DNA of 59,177 bases, taken from IMG/VR virus record IMGVR_UViG_3300024999_000117, positions 1 through 59,177 of that record; one strand, written 5' to 3'. Source of the stretch: a virus. Lineage: Duplodnaviria > Caudoviricetes. The position numbers and the translations under genes were made by a program. Under the pieces are notes generated by a model. The model ran no database searches. It was not told where the DNA came from and was given only the letters and a program-made list of their open reading frames with translations. Below are positions 19,694 through 29,187 of the stretch, piece after piece; position 1 is the first letter of the stretch, and the number at the start of each line of letters is the position of its first letter.

Positions 19694-20164
19694 CTATGCT
19701 TCTTTTAGCGCTTTGTACGCATCTCCGGCGTTTTTATCCCTTTTTAAAGCCTCGCCATCTTGCGTCCAGTCCACACCCGCCATGCATTTAGTTACGGCTT
19801 TAACGATTGTTTTCATAGACTTAAAATCCCTGGTGGTTAAACGCCATCCGCTCTTTTCATGTGATACCGTGTAAGTGGATTTATTAAGTTCGCGGTGAAT
19901 CATAACCCCCGCAAAATCAGGATTACGATATACTGTAAGTTCCACCTCTCCGCCATCTGTATACCTCACTTTACCTTTCCCTTTAGTCCAACCAGCCACT
20001 GCAATATTGGTTTCAACCTCGTCAACCAGCTGCCTGACAAGCATTGTTGCAGATACATTGTCTTTGTCCAGATACGCCTTTATCTCAACCGGCAGTTTAC
20101 TTTGATCAAGAATCTCCCACTGGTGCTGCAGAAGGTTTTGTATTTCGATAAGTTTTTTAAGCAT
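19694..20164 (-). CDS. Hypothetical protein
   Basis: ORF in early operon. Confidence 0.6.
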   Translation of the reverse strand: MLKKLIEIQNLLQHQWEILDQSKLPVEIKAYLDKDNVSATMLVRQLVDEVETNIAVAGWTKGKGKVRYTDGGEVELTVYRNPDFAGVMIHRELNKSTYTVSHEKSGWRLTTRDFKSMKTIVKAVTKCMAGVDWTQDGEALKRDKNAGDAYKALKEA

Positions 20165-20369
20165 ACCGGCGATTCTTCTGCTTAGACGCTTTAGCCATTT
20201 TCCTTTTACGCCTCTTTATTTCAGTTTTACTAACAATCCTTTTGCCGGCTGCTGTCCTGGGGTGGTTGTGCATAAGTTTAATAAATTTCTTTACAGGTTT
20301 ATCCTGGTTAACAGCTATATCGACACCACCAATCAAGGGTAAACATTCTTTCAGTTTTCTTAAATACAT
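20157..20369 (-). CDS. Small basic hypothetical protein
   Basis: GGAGG RBS before MYLRK; K/R-rich C-terminus. Confidence 0.55.
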   Translation of the reverse strand: MYLRKLKECLPLIGGVDIAVNQDKPVKKFIKLMHNHPRTAAGKRIVSKTEIKRRKRKMAKASKQKNRRYA

Positions 20370-20382
20370 ATTTCTATACCTC

Positions 20383-21357
20383 CTAACTAATTTTGTCTTC
20401 CCAACCAACCCCGATATAGTTCAGTACCTTACCCCAGCCCCATTTGTACATCCAAAAATTCCACTCAGCAGGTGAATCTTCTCTGAGTCTATCGAATCTA
20501 TGCGGCCGCTTTTCCATATGGATGCCGAAGCCACACATTGTGCAGCCGGTTCTCTTTGCCCTCGTGGTGTCCAAAGTTCCGTTCGGCAGTAGAACTATTT
20601 CTCCGTATATCTCAGGTACCGGAACATCTAATTCTAAAGCTAATCTCAGTAAATCGGATTTTGAGAATATCGCAAACGGGCAACTTCGCGTAACTGTTTT
20701 CCCGAAATAGTTGCAACCGTTTTTCCGTAGCCCCTTCTCCCTTTGTCCTCCCTCTGAAGCCATTAGGCCCATATACGGGAAAAGCTTATTTTTCTTAGCA
20801 AAATCATTACATGGTTTTTCCTTCATATGGTAGCAACAATCTGCGCTAACCCTAAATGGCGCTGTTTTGCAAATTAATTCCGGCCTGTGGTGGTTATACA
20901 GCCCCCCGAATAATTTTATCCATTTTTCAGGTAGCTTGATTTTGTTACTATGCTTAAATCCTCCCTGAGCACCCATATCACCAGTCATAATAGCGTGAAT
21001 AAAGGTCTGTTTTGGGCTGTCAGGAATCTGAAGTATACTTATCTTTTTGGCTTTTTCTTTACTCACGACAGGATAGCCGAATTCTTTTATAACCTGCGTT
21101 TTTAACTTTCCAGGCCTTAAAAAGACTATATTACTAAGCTGTCTGTGTATTTTTTGTATACTTCGGTCTTCTAAAGCAGATACAGACGCCCCAGGAATGT
21201 CCTTATTAACGTGTTTTTGCAGAAATAATAAGAGAGTGATGCTGTCTAGTCCACCAACCGAACAGTAAACCTTACCACCCAGTTTTTCATAAAACTCACG
21301 AGCTATGAGCTTTGCGTGTTCTATTTTCATTTCATATGGCAATGTCTGTCTAAACAT
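20383..21357 (-). CDS. PAPS reductase-like protein
   Basis: SVGGLDS PP-loop, CC..MKE and RTGCTMCGF Fe-S motif. Confidence 0.8.
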   Translation of the reverse strand: MFRQTLPYEMKIEHAKLIAREFYEKLGGKVYCSVGGLDSITLLLFLQKHVNKDIPGASVSALEDRSIQKIHRQLSNIVFLRPGKLKTQVIKEFGYPVVSKEKAKKISILQIPDSPKQTFIHAIMTGDMGAQGGFKHSNKIKLPEKWIKLFGGLYNHHRPELICKTAPFRVSADCCYHMKEKPCNDFAKKNKLFPYMGLMASEGGQREKGLRKNGCNYFGKTVTRSCPFAIFSKSDLLRLALELDVPVPEIYGEIVLLPNGTLDTTRAKRTGCTMCGFGIHMEKRPHRFDRLREDSPAEWNFWMYKWGWGKVLNYIGVGWEDKIS

Positions 21358-21378
21358 AAAATCCTGTGAATTCGTATA

Positions 21379-21579
21379 TCACACCTCCAGCATTTTGTTT
21401 CCTTTCATCACAGCCTGTAGCATCCTAACAAGCGGTTGTCTACGCTTTGCCCTGGTTGTGCCGTCTTGATAGCCTGTCCTATATTGCTGCTTGTCTACTG
21501 GATCACTTGGTAAACACCTGGCCACCCCAATAAATCCATGATTAAAACCTACCTGATAATACCCACCTTCTTTCCACAC
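21379..21579 (-). CDS. Hypothetical protein
   Basis: GGAGG RBS; short ORF in operon. Confidence 0.5.
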   Translation of the reverse strand: MWKEGGYYQVGFNHGFIGVARCLPSDPVDKQQYRTGYQDGTTRAKRRQPLVRMLQAVMKGNKMLEV

Positions 21580-21590
21580 ATAAAACCCTC

Positions 21591-21743
21591 CTAAGTTTTA
21601 ATAATTTTTCTACCTGGTGTTACTCTATGCACTATGTGCAACTCACCGGGTAAATCTTTAACAACTAACCAGTTATTCGGGTTTAATTTGCTTGCTTTGA
21701 TTATTTCTTTCTGTTTACGGGTAGGATTTTTTCCGTGTTTCAT
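21591..21743 (-). CDS. Small phage protein of 50 aa (MKHGKNPTRKQK...NWLVVK), absent from ORF track
   Basis: Hand translation; ATG overlaps upstream stop; resembles a common small Firmicutes phage family. Confidence 0.65.
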   Translation of the reverse strand: MKHGKNPTRKQKEIIKASKLNPNNWLVVKDLPGELHIVHRVTPGRKIIKT

Positions 21744-21878
21744 ATAGCTGTTTCCTTCCGTAAATCGTGATATTCAAATTCGTTATGTCTACAGTCAAAT
21801 GATATTACAGGGTTTTCACGGCAAACTATTCCACAACTGATAGTCTTGGCACCGCTTGAGCATGTCCCACATTTGGAC

Positions 21879-22330
21879 TTAATCAGTTCCCTCTTTTCCT
21901 GGACAAGCTGCTTCCAGCGTTCCTTCGGAGTCAATAACAGCACCTCCCTGTTCAGATTCCCAGCAGTCAAAGCCATCACAAGCGTTACAGGGGTAATCTT
22001 CACTGCCTACAACTTTGTGTTTGCAGTTATCGCAGTTACGTTCAGCAGGTATGTTCTGGACATCAATCTCTAACTGAAGCAAGCAGTACCCAAGTTTATC
22101 TGCAACCGGGTTTTCTTCTTGCAAATCCGGCTCAGTGGCGTATCTCATGTTCTTGTCAAAGTCTCTAACAAGAAACAGCATCCTGCCGTATTGCTCTGGC
22201 TCAATTCCGCTAGGAAAAAGAAGTTGCAGGTAAGCTTCCGACTTTGCGTAAGAGTCACCATATTTTTTATTCTTCTTTGCCACTAAGTTAGCGATGTTAA
22301 CGGCATGTGGCATCCATTTATTTTCTATCA
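21879..22330 (-). CDS. Nucleotide-modification-associated (DUF1599-like) protein with C-terminal Cys cluster
   Basis: KKNKKYGDSY...DK..R...DKLGY pattern; CDNC...C..C..C tail. Confidence 0.6.
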
Positions 22331-22581
22331 TAATATCCCCTCTCACGGTTCTTCTTGATCATAAATTGCCTGCCTTCCTCAATACTCACACCGCTCTGTT
22401 CCTCTCGCATACGTTGAAGTGTTTCAACACTCTGCCCAATGTCATGTAGTTCAACATCCATATCGCCAAGCATACCTTCGTTGAAGGCTTTTATCGCCTC
22501 AGTGACTTCGGATAAGATGTGCTGCAATTGCTGTTCTACAGTGTTGGTGTCAGCAAACTTAATGCGTGGGTATTTGTACAT
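22318..22581 (-). CDS. MazG-like all-alpha protein
   Basis: QLQHILSEVTEA...VELHD...KNRERGYY pattern. Confidence 0.55.
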   Translation of the reverse strand: MYKYPRIKFADTNTVEQQLQHILSEVTEAIKAFNEGMLGDMDVELHDIGQSVETLQRMREEQSGVSIEEGRQFMIKKNRERGYYDRK

Positions 22582-22862
22582 CAACAACCTGCTTTCTTAG
22601 CTAACCAGTTACAACACTTACCCCAAACAGTCTGATTCTCTATTCGATAAATCCTTTCGAGTAAAGACTTGTAGCAGGTATTTAATATAAAAACTTTACT
22701 TTTAAGCCACTTAATATCAGTTTTAACTTGAGATATTCGGTTCCCCTGGTCAATGCAAACTCGTCCTTGTACTTCAGCTGTTTCACGAAGGTCCTTTAAT
22801 TCGGCTTTCACCCGCAGGAGTTGACTTTCTAAGCGCTGGATACGTGAGTTTGTTTTTCCCAA
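22581..22862 (-). CDS. Coiled-coil hypothetical protein
   Basis: GGAGGG RBS, heptad pattern. Confidence 0.55.
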   Translation of the reverse strand: MGKTNSRIQRLESQLLRVKAELKDLRETAEVQGRVCIDQGNRISQVKTDIKWLKSKVFILNTCYKSLLERIYRIENQTVWGKCCNWLAKKAGC

Positions 22863-22878
22863 CTTTCGCCCCTCCCAA

Positions 22879-23157
22879 TTACTTCTTAAATCTTTTAGTT
22901 GTGTTCAAGCTACCGTAAGTACCATCGACTATAGACTTTATCCTCTTACCGTTACTGTTGAATTCTTCAAAGCATTTACGCTCCTTAACTATGTCAATTT
23001 TGTGCAACTTCACCAGGCGCGATATGAAACTTTTACTTACTCCATATTGTTGCGCCACCTGGTTTAAAGTTAATTTTTGTTTAACAAGTCGCTCTCTGAG
23101 TTTTTCTTTCGTCAACTCTGCTTTGACTTTATCACCTTTGGTTTTAACCAAGATCAC
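22879..23157 (-). CDS. HTH DNA-binding protein
   Basis: LTLNQVAQQYGVSKSFISR. Confidence 0.7.
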   Translation of the reverse strand: MILVKTKGDKVKAELTKEKLRERLVKQKLTLNQVAQQYGVSKSFISRLVKLHKIDIVKERKCFEEFNSNGKRIKSIVDGTYGSLNTTKRFKK

Positions 23158-23270
23158 CTCCGCAAATGTTTGGCATATTTCCCAGGTTATCTAGTATACA
23201 TAGACTAGAGAGGTGTTTGTTTCCAACATAAAAGATTATTTTTTAAGTGGCCCAAAATCCCGGCCACACT

Positions 23271-23498
23271 CTACCAGTATTTATTCAGATTTTTGTAATA
23301 ATCAAAACTGCCTTGCTTGCGTAACTTTTTTATCTTGCTCTTCACAGCAGGTACCGTCCTGCCCAGAGCTAAAGACATGATTTCTGAGCCATCAATCTCG
23401 TAATATTTGCAAAGGTACTCAACTTCATAGTCGGTAAATGGTTCTCCCTGATTACCATACAGTTCAGGGTCGTAGGCGGTTAGTGTTGTTGTATCCAT
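23271..23498 (-). CDS. Small conserved phage protein (HTH-like)
   Basis: FT..E.EYLCKYY...MSLALGRT pattern. Confidence 0.65.
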   Translation of the reverse strand: MDTTTLTAYDPELYGNQGEPFTDYEVEYLCKYYEIDGSEIMSLALGRTVPAVKSKIKKLRKQGSFDYYKNLNKYW

Positions 23499-23604
23499 AA
23501 CCTGTTTAACCTAAGCCACCGACGAAACTCTTTTACAGTGCCTTTAAAAGCTATAAGTTTATACAACATCTTTTTAACACTCCTTATTAGTTATTAATTT
23601 TCCT

Positions 23605-23820
23605 TTAACAACCTAGTTGATCGGTATTGCCTTCACCCACAACAACTATATAATCCATCGCAAACCTAACGCTTTTAGCAATAAGCTTGACCGTTGGGAC
23701 ACCGGTCTGAACGCTCAACTCTTTAAGTATCGAGTGCGTTTCACTGTCTACCAATGCTGGCTTATATCCTGAGTTACTTTTCTCAACTGTAATTAATAAT
23801 TTAGGCTTGGAATCACTCAA
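23605..23820 (-). CDS. Ribbon-helix-helix-like small protein
   Basis: VDSETHSILKELSVQTGVP pattern. Confidence 0.55.
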   Translation of the reverse strand: MSDSKPKLLITVEKSNSGYKPALVDSETHSILKELSVQTGVPTVKLIAKSVRFAMDYIVVVGEGNTDQLGC

Positions 23821-23838
23821 AATATCACCGCCTTTTAC

Positions 23839-24054
23839 TTATTTAGGCCCCAGAACCATAGCCTTGTATTCTTCGTAAATCCCATTGTAGTTATCCAAGT
23901 TAAAATGAATTGCAACTACAAACCAGGCCCCTATCGCTCCCATAACTTCACCTTGGTAATAATCCGTGTCACCTTTATTTGTTGCCCAGAACTTAGCGCT
24001 CCGCATTATGTGGTTGTGAAGTGCTTCAAAGAGTTTTTGAGTGTTGTCTGGCAT
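23839..24054 (-). CDS. Hypothetical protein
   Basis: GGAGG RBS before MPDNTQ. Confidence 0.5.
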   Translation of the reverse strand: MPDNTQKLFEALHNHIMRSAKFWATNKGDTDYYQGEVMGAIGAWFVVAIHFNLDNYNGIYEEYKAMVLGPK

Positions 24055-24067
24055 TTCAGTAAACCTC

Positions 24068-24286
24068 CTATCCGTAATTTCCATGTTTGACCGGGCAATT
24101 TTCGCAGTACCTACAAGCAACCTCTCGACCGTAAACCTTAGCCATTGCGCTTACTTCATCGGGGCTGGGAATCTTTTTACCGCCCTCTATACGGGCCAGT
24201 GTCCTTTCCCCGATGGGTATATGCTCCGCTGCCTCCAACCTACTTCGAAATCCTGCCTGTATCCGGGCCTGTCTGTAGATGTTCAC
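24068..24286 (-). CDS. XRE-family HTH protein with CxxC tail
   Basis: YRQARIQAG...GERTLARIEGG...C.YC..CP. Confidence 0.75.
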   Translation of the reverse strand: MNIYRQARIQAGFRSRLEAAEHIPIGERTLARIEGGKKIPSPDEVSAMAKVYGREVACRYCENCPVKHGNYG

Positions 24287-24446
24287 TTACATCTTCCCCT
24301 TTCGCCAAACCACGTAGACGGTTTGCATAAAACCGTGCCAGCCCATCAATTTGCTCATCAAAGCTACCAGGCACCTGCCCGATGACTTCACGTTTAATAG
24401 TTTCTAAGGTATCCCGCCTGGAAGTGTATTTAACGATTACGAGCAT
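24240..24446 (-). CDS. Hypothetical protein
   Basis: GAGGGG RBS before MLVIVK; exact end uncertain because of overlap with the next gene. Confidence 0.45.
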   Translation of the reverse strand: MLVIVKYTSRRDTLETIKREVIGQVPGSFDEQIDGLARFYANRLRGLAKGEDVSEHLQTGPDTGRISK

Positions 24447-24478
24447 AATAATTACCTGCCCCTCTGTGCCTATTAGGT

Positions 24479-25165
24479 TTAAGCTGTAGCAATTAACTTG
24501 CATCTACTAGCTACTATTTTTTTAAAGTGATTTTCTAAAGCATTTTTCCGCTGTTGAAAATCTGAAATAGCTAGGATAAGCCCAATGTCACAGCGTTGCA
24601 ATGTTTCTACAGCCTGGATTTGATTTAATGTTAGATGTGGCTTAATCACTGCTCCTTTTTCTATGCCGTGAGCTTCTCGAAACTTCTTGGCATCCATGCC
24701 CAGCACAATGCGGTAAATCATGTTAATTTCATTTGAAAAATGATAGTGCTTTGGTTCTTCGTGAGCTGACATAATTGCATCGGTAAAAGCAGGAAATTCT
24801 ATTTTAGTTGCAAGTAATGATTTGATGAAGGCTTCCATGTTGTTAAAGCGTTTAATATAGGCAATTTTAAATCTAAGTGCCTTTTCCCCAGTAAAACCCA
24901 TAGTTAAAAGGGTAAATCCGTCGCGGGATAATAGATACTCTGGGTATTTCTTTCCGCGCTCTTTGTAGGATGATTCAATGAAGTTGTTTTTCCAATCTGA
25001 CTCCTCAATTTTGAGGAGCGAATCTATGGTATTTTCTATATCCCGTAGAACATTGTCATGCCTTTTATTAAAACTTTCCGCTACCTGACGACTACTACAA
25101 AAGACCAGACCGTTACGTTCATAAAGGTTAAATTCTGGATTAAGGGCTAATTTAGCTATCTTCAT
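24479..25165 (-). CDS. rha: Rha-family regulatory protein
   Basis: SSRQVAESFNKRHDNVLRDI...DGFTLLTMGFTGEKALRFKIAYIKRFN. Confidence 0.9.
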   Translation of the reverse strand: MKIAKLALNPEFNLYERNGLVFCSSRQVAESFNKRHDNVLRDIENTIDSLLKIEESDWKNNFIESSYKERGKKYPEYLLSRDGFTLLTMGFTGEKALRFKIAYIKRFNNMEAFIKSLLATKIEFPAFTDAIMSAHEEPKHYHFSNEINMIYRIVLGMDAKKFREAHGIEKGAVIKPHLTLNQIQAVETLQRCDIGLILAISDFQQRKNALENHFKKIVASRCKLIATA

Positions 25166-25349
25166 CACCCCTTAAATTTTGGTTACATGTGTGAGCGTCC
25201 CTACGAAGCACCTTAGCCAGATACTCAGTTGCTGGGGCTAAATAGTCCTCTAACGAACCAGTGGAAGGTCGAATGTTAGCGTAAGTAGTGCTAATTTCTT
25301 TACCTGTTTTCCTGTCGATTCTGACGATTGCTGTGGCGTCGTATAACAT
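25152..25349 (-). CDS. Hypothetical protein
   Basis: AGGTG RBS; first gene after cro. Confidence 0.55.
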   Translation of the reverse strand: MLYDATAIVRIDRKTGKEISTTYANIRPSTGSLEDYLAPATEYLAKVLRRDAHTCNQNLRGDEDS

Positions 25350-25415
25350 ATAGATTCACCTTCTAGTTGACAAACCGTATACATTTAGTATATAGTTTTA
25401 ATAAGTTTTTGTTGC

Positions 25416-25676
25416 TCAAACGCACTTGTCTATGTACTCAGTACACGTTTCAGGCATGAAAATATCCCCTACTTCACACTGTAGACATTGTGCTATTTTA
25501 AATTGTAGCTGCATTGATGGGAAACGATCACCGCGAATTATTTTGAATAAATGGTCAGGTGTCACACCTACAGTTTTAGCAAGTCCTGCAATCGTTATTT
25601 TGTTAGATTGAGTGCTGTTTATTTTGAGTATTTGCTTTTTAATATTATTTTTAATATTTATCTTTTGCGTATGCAT
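25416..25676 (-). CDS. Cro-like XRE HTH protein
   Basis: LAKTVGVTPDHLFKIIRG..PS; divergent from the repressor. Confidence 0.85.
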   Translation of the reverse strand: MHTQKINIKNNIKKQILKINSTQSNKITIAGLAKTVGVTPDHLFKIIRGDRFPSMQLQFKIAQCLQCEVGDIFMPETCTEYIDKCV

Positions 25677-25695
25677 AATTTTATCACCACCTGTA

Positions 25696-25758
25696 TATAC
25701 TTAGAGTACATGTCCTGCACATAGTATAGACTAATAGTACACATAGACGCAAAGTACA
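25696..25758. promoter_or_regulatory. Three putative immunity operators TAKAC-N5-GTAYA in the CI/Cro intergenic region
   Basis: TATAC-TTAGA-GTACA (25696), TAGAC-TAATA-GTACA (25727) and TAGAC-GCAAA-GTACA (25744); a further copy at 25378-25392. Confidence 0.6.
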
Positions 25759-25858
25759 TTTAAGCCTATATTTGCTTATTTTTTGTGTTTATTTTTACCA
25801 TCATCAATATATCTATTATTTGCTTAAAATTACTTTAAAAAAAGGTTGTGTTAAATTT

Positions 25859-26512
25859 ATGGACTTAGGAAGCAAAATCGATAAAATAAGAAATAACCTT
25901 AGTTATATTGATTTTTCTAAGGCCATTGAGCAAAAGACAGGGCACGAAATAAGTCCTTCAAGCCTCCATAAATACATTACGAATCAAAGGAATCCATCTT
26001 ACAAGATGCTTGAAACCATAGCATTGTATGGTGATGTACCAATAACCTTTTTCTTCGATAAAGGTAACCCTATTTACAAAAAAGTTCAGAGATTAGATAA
26101 ATTAAAACAGCTAAAGAAAGATTACAATGACCTTAAAACAATAAAGGAAATACCTATTTTAGGAGAGGTACCAGCTGGCGAACCAAACTTACATCCTGAA
26201 ATATTTGAAGGTAACTATCCTCTCCCAATGTCAATTTACAATAATGAATCATTTGCCTTGCGTATCAAAGGAGATAGTATGCTTGACGTAGGTATTGAGC
26301 ACGGTGATTTAGTATTGGTTCGTAAGCAACCTACAGCAGAAATGGGACAAACTATAATTGCAAGAATAGGTGATGAAGTAACCTGTAAACGATTTTATAT
26401 TAAAAACGGACTTCCGGTATTGGAACCAGCCAACTCAAAGTATAAAACGATAGAGCCAAGGGAATTAGAGATAGTAGGAATAGTAACAAAAATAATCAAG
26501 GAGTTGGAGTAG
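25859..26512 (+). CDS. CI/LexA-like repressor (HTH plus S24 peptidase)
   Basis: N-terminal HTH; VPAG cleavage site, GDSM serine, TCKR lysine; likely start MDLG at 25859. Confidence 0.9.
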   Translation: MDLGSKIDKIRNNLSYIDFSKAIEQKTGHEISPSSLHKYITNQRNPSYKMLETIALYGDVPITFFFDKGNPIYKKVQRLDKLKQLKKDYNDLKTIKEIPILGEVPAGEPNLHPEIFEGNYPLPMSIYNNESFALRIKGDSMLDVGIEHGDLVLVRKQPTAEMGQTIIARIGDEVTCKRFYIKNGLPVLEPANSKYKTIEPRELEIVGIVTKIIKELE

Positions 26513-26513
26513 T

Positions 26514-28121
26514 GTGTTACGGGGAGTAATTTACGCCAGGTATTCATCAGACAACCAAAGAGAAGAATCTATAGATGCCCAGGTGTATGAAATAAAAGAA
26601 TACGCCCGGGCAAATAATATTTCTATAGTAAAAATATATACTGATGAAGCCAGATCCGCTACAACCGATAATCGGCCTGGCTTTCTTAAAATGATAGACG
26701 ATGCAAATAAAGGCATATTTGAGGTTATACTAATCCATAAGTTGGACAGGTTTGCCCGGAATAGATATGACAGTGCCTTCTATAAAAGAGAATTAAAAAC
26801 GGCAGGGGTTAAGCTTATAAGCATCACCGAGAAACTTGACGATAGCCCGGAAAGTGTTATTTTGGAAAGTCTCTTAGAAGGAATGGCTGAATACTACTCC
26901 AAGAACCTGGCTAGGGAGGCCATGAAGGGGCTAAAAGAGAATGCCCGGAGCTGTAAGCATAATGGTGGTCGTCCACCCCTAGGATTGGACGTAGACCCTG
27001 CTACAAAGCAATATATTATTAGTGCTAATACTAAAGAAGTTGAAGCCGTTAAATTGATTTTTGAACTTTATGATCAAGGATTAGGTTATGGTACCCTGAT
27101 AAAGGAATTACATTTAAGGGGTTATACTACAAAGCTTGGTGGTAAATTTGCTAAAAATAGTCTATACGAACTTCTTCGTAATGAGAAATATATTGGGACA
27201 TATCTTTATAACAGAAGTGCCAGTAAATCTGACGGAAAAAGAAATAACCATAAATCAAAATCAGAGGAAGAAATTATAAAAGTTGAAAATGCCTTTCCGG
27301 CAATCATTGACAAAGACTTATTTGAGAGGGTGCAAGAAAAGATGGATACGCGTAAACATGCTAAAGCCAGGAACAAAGCAAAAGTTAATTATTTACTACA
27401 AGGCTTAGTTTATTGTAATGAATGCGAAGCTGCCATGGTAGGAAATAGCGGATCCTACAAAACAAAAACCGAAACCGTAAGATACTCTTATTATGAGTGC
27501 AATAAACGTAACCGACAAAAAGATTGTAGTAACCCACGCATTCGGAAAGAAATTCTTGAGAATATCGTATTGGACAAACTCTACCAAGAAATATTTGTTC
27601 CGGAGAGAGTTTCAATATTAGTACAAAAGATTAACGAATACAATCAAAAAACTACTACAGAAAGAAATGCAGAATTGGAATTACTTGAAACGGAGCTTAA
27701 AGAAACAAAAAAGCAAATTGATAACCTGGTGATGGCTGTAGCTAATGGAGCACCGTTTGCAAGTTTTTCAGATAAACTAAATGAACTGGAAAATAAAAAA
27801 GCCATGCTCGAAACTCGTTTAGAAGAGTCTCGAACTCTGGCTTTAAGATCATTGATTACTGAGGATATGATTATTAATTATTTAAACCAGCATCGTCAGG
27901 CCGTAGAAGACAAAGACATTGACGCTTGCAAGAAGTTCATAGGCAATTATGTAGAAAAAGTTGTTGTAAGCACTGATTTTATTGACATTCACTTCTACCT
28001 AAAATTTTTGGATATTGATGGTGGAGGCGGGGCGTACCGTTCAATATCCAAAATAAATAAAAAAGATATAAACGCAAAACCTGTAGGTGCTATTCCTACA
28101 GGTTTATTATTTCTTCAGTAA
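26514..28121 (+). CDS. Large serine recombinase (integrase)
   Basis: YARYSS catalytic serine, DRFARN, recombinase domain, CNEC...C...C Zn ribbon and coiled coil. Confidence 0.95.
   Translation: MLRGVIYARYSSDNQREESIDAQVYEIKEYARANNISIVKIYTDEARSATTDNRPGFLKMIDDANKGIFEVILIHKLDRFARNRYDSAFYKRELKTAGVKLISITEKLDDSPESVILESLLEGMAEYYSKNLAREAMKGLKENARSCKHNGGRPPLGLDVDPATKQYIISANTKEVEAVKLIFELYDQGLGYGTLIKELHLRGYTTKLGGKFAKNSLYELLRNEKYIGTYLYNRSASKSDGKRNNHKSKSEEEIIKVENAFPAIIDKDLFERVQEKMDTRKHAKARNKAKVNYLLQGLVYCNECEAAMVGNSGSYKTKTETVRYSYYECNKRNRQKDCSNPRIRKEILENIVLDKLYQEIFVPERVSILVQKINEYNQKTTTERNAELELLETELKETKKQIDNLVMAVANGAPFASFSDKLNELENKKAMLETRLEESRTLALRSLITEDMIINYLNQHRQAVEDKDIDACKKFIGNYVEKVVVSTDFIDIHFYLKFLDIDGGGGAYRSISKINKKDINAKPVGAIPTGLLFLQ
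28006..28053. other. Putative attP inside the integrase 3' end
   Basis: Perfect 13-bp inverted arms TTTTGGATATTGA / TCAATATCCAAAA around a 22-bp centre TGGTGGAGGCGGGGCGTACCGT. Confidence 0.65.
28077..28105. terminator. Bidirectional intrinsic terminator
   Basis: AAACCTGTAGG-7-CCTACAGGTTT between convergent genes. Confidence 0.7.
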
Positions 28122-28293
28122 TATAATCTGATAATTCAAGCATATTATTGATTTCTTGCTCTTCTTTTTCTATGATAGATCCCAAGTTATCCATTTCTAC
28201 TAAGCCCTTTATCCCAAGTTCAGCTGCTCTTTCCAAAATAGATTCTAATTTTTTTCTCAATAACTTGTACCTCCATAATTTGATGATGGTCAA
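28096..28293 (-). CDS. Hypothetical protein
   Basis: Short AT-rich ORF converging on the integrase. Confidence 0.4.
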   Translation of the reverse strand: MTIIKLWRYKLLRKKLESILERAAELGIKGLVEMDNLGSIIEKEEQEINNMLELSDYITEEIINL

Positions 28294-28676
28294 GAAACGA
28301 TAAATGAATTTATGTTGCTATTTAGATAGATTAAATCATTAATTGTATATAAATATACCCTTTATTTAAAGATATTTAAACTAATATAAAGTTTTAATAT
28401 CTTTTTTGATCTTGTTGACACTTGCAATAATAAATCACCTCGGTTTTTTAATTACTTAACTATGAATATTTTAACACACTTTAATTCTATAGTAGGGGGC
28501 TTTTGTAAATATTTTAGATAAAATAAAATGATTGATAAAGATATTATAAATTTAACTTATACGCCAATCAACTACCTAGCTATATAAAAGCTAGGTGTGT
28601 CATAGGAAGGTATTGTAATAACATACATAGAAAAATAAAAACTTAAAGTTATTTTAGTGTATACCAAGGAGCCTAT

Positions 28677-28907
28677 ATGAAAATCAGAATCAAACAATAT
28701 CGATTAAAAAGAATACCTAAAATTCTACAAGATGAATTAGCAGAACACATAAACATGAAACCTGCACAAATATCACAAATGGAAAATGGTCATTATATAC
28801 CATCATTAAAAGTTGCATTGACTGTGGCTAAATCTTTTTCCGATTTATTAGGGGAACGTGTTCATGTAGATGATCTTTGGATTATTGAAAAAAATGATTT
28901 AAAATAA
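28677..28907 (+). CDS. XRE-family HTH protein
   Basis: QDELAEHI....QISQMENG..PSL; AGGAG RBS. Confidence 0.85.
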   Translation: MKIRIKQYRLKRIPKILQDELAEHINMKPAQISQMENGHYIPSLKVALTVAKSFSDLLGERVHVDDLWIIEKNDLK

Positions 28908-29016
28908 TAAGATTTTTAAAAAACTATCATAGACAGCTATGTTTTTAAACATATTCTACAATTATTTTCTTTTTCCTCTAATAATATTTCGACTTATTAT
29001 GACATTAAAATAATAC

Positions 29017-29028
29017 AAACATATGTTC
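29017..29028. promoter_or_regulatory. Possible LexA (Cheo/SOS) box
   Basis: AAAC-ATAT-GTTC, one mismatch to GAAC-N4-GTTC. Confidence 0.4.
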
Positions 29029-29155
29029 AGTATTTTAAGGATACTACATTATATAATATTGTAAGTTAATTAGCAACTTTTGTTAGTGGAAGTATGTTAA
29101 TTAATAGTATATCGTTTTGTAAATGTAAATACAATAATACCTACCCTAATACATA

Positions 29156-29187
29156 AATACCCCATCCTCTTTTAAGAATGGGGTATT
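29156..29187. terminator. Intrinsic terminator ending the ATPase operon
   Basis: AATACCCCAT...ATGGGGTATT stem. Confidence 0.6.

Noticed and set aside
23173-23235. Plus-strand sporulation-type promoter and RBS (GCATA...CATAGACTA, GAGAGGTG)
   Set aside because: Spacing is too long for the consensus and no credible downstream ORF follows.
28019-28032. tRNA or tmRNA gene
   Set aside because: Only a 14-nt 3'-end-like match; no cloverleaf or tag frame; interpreted as an att centre.
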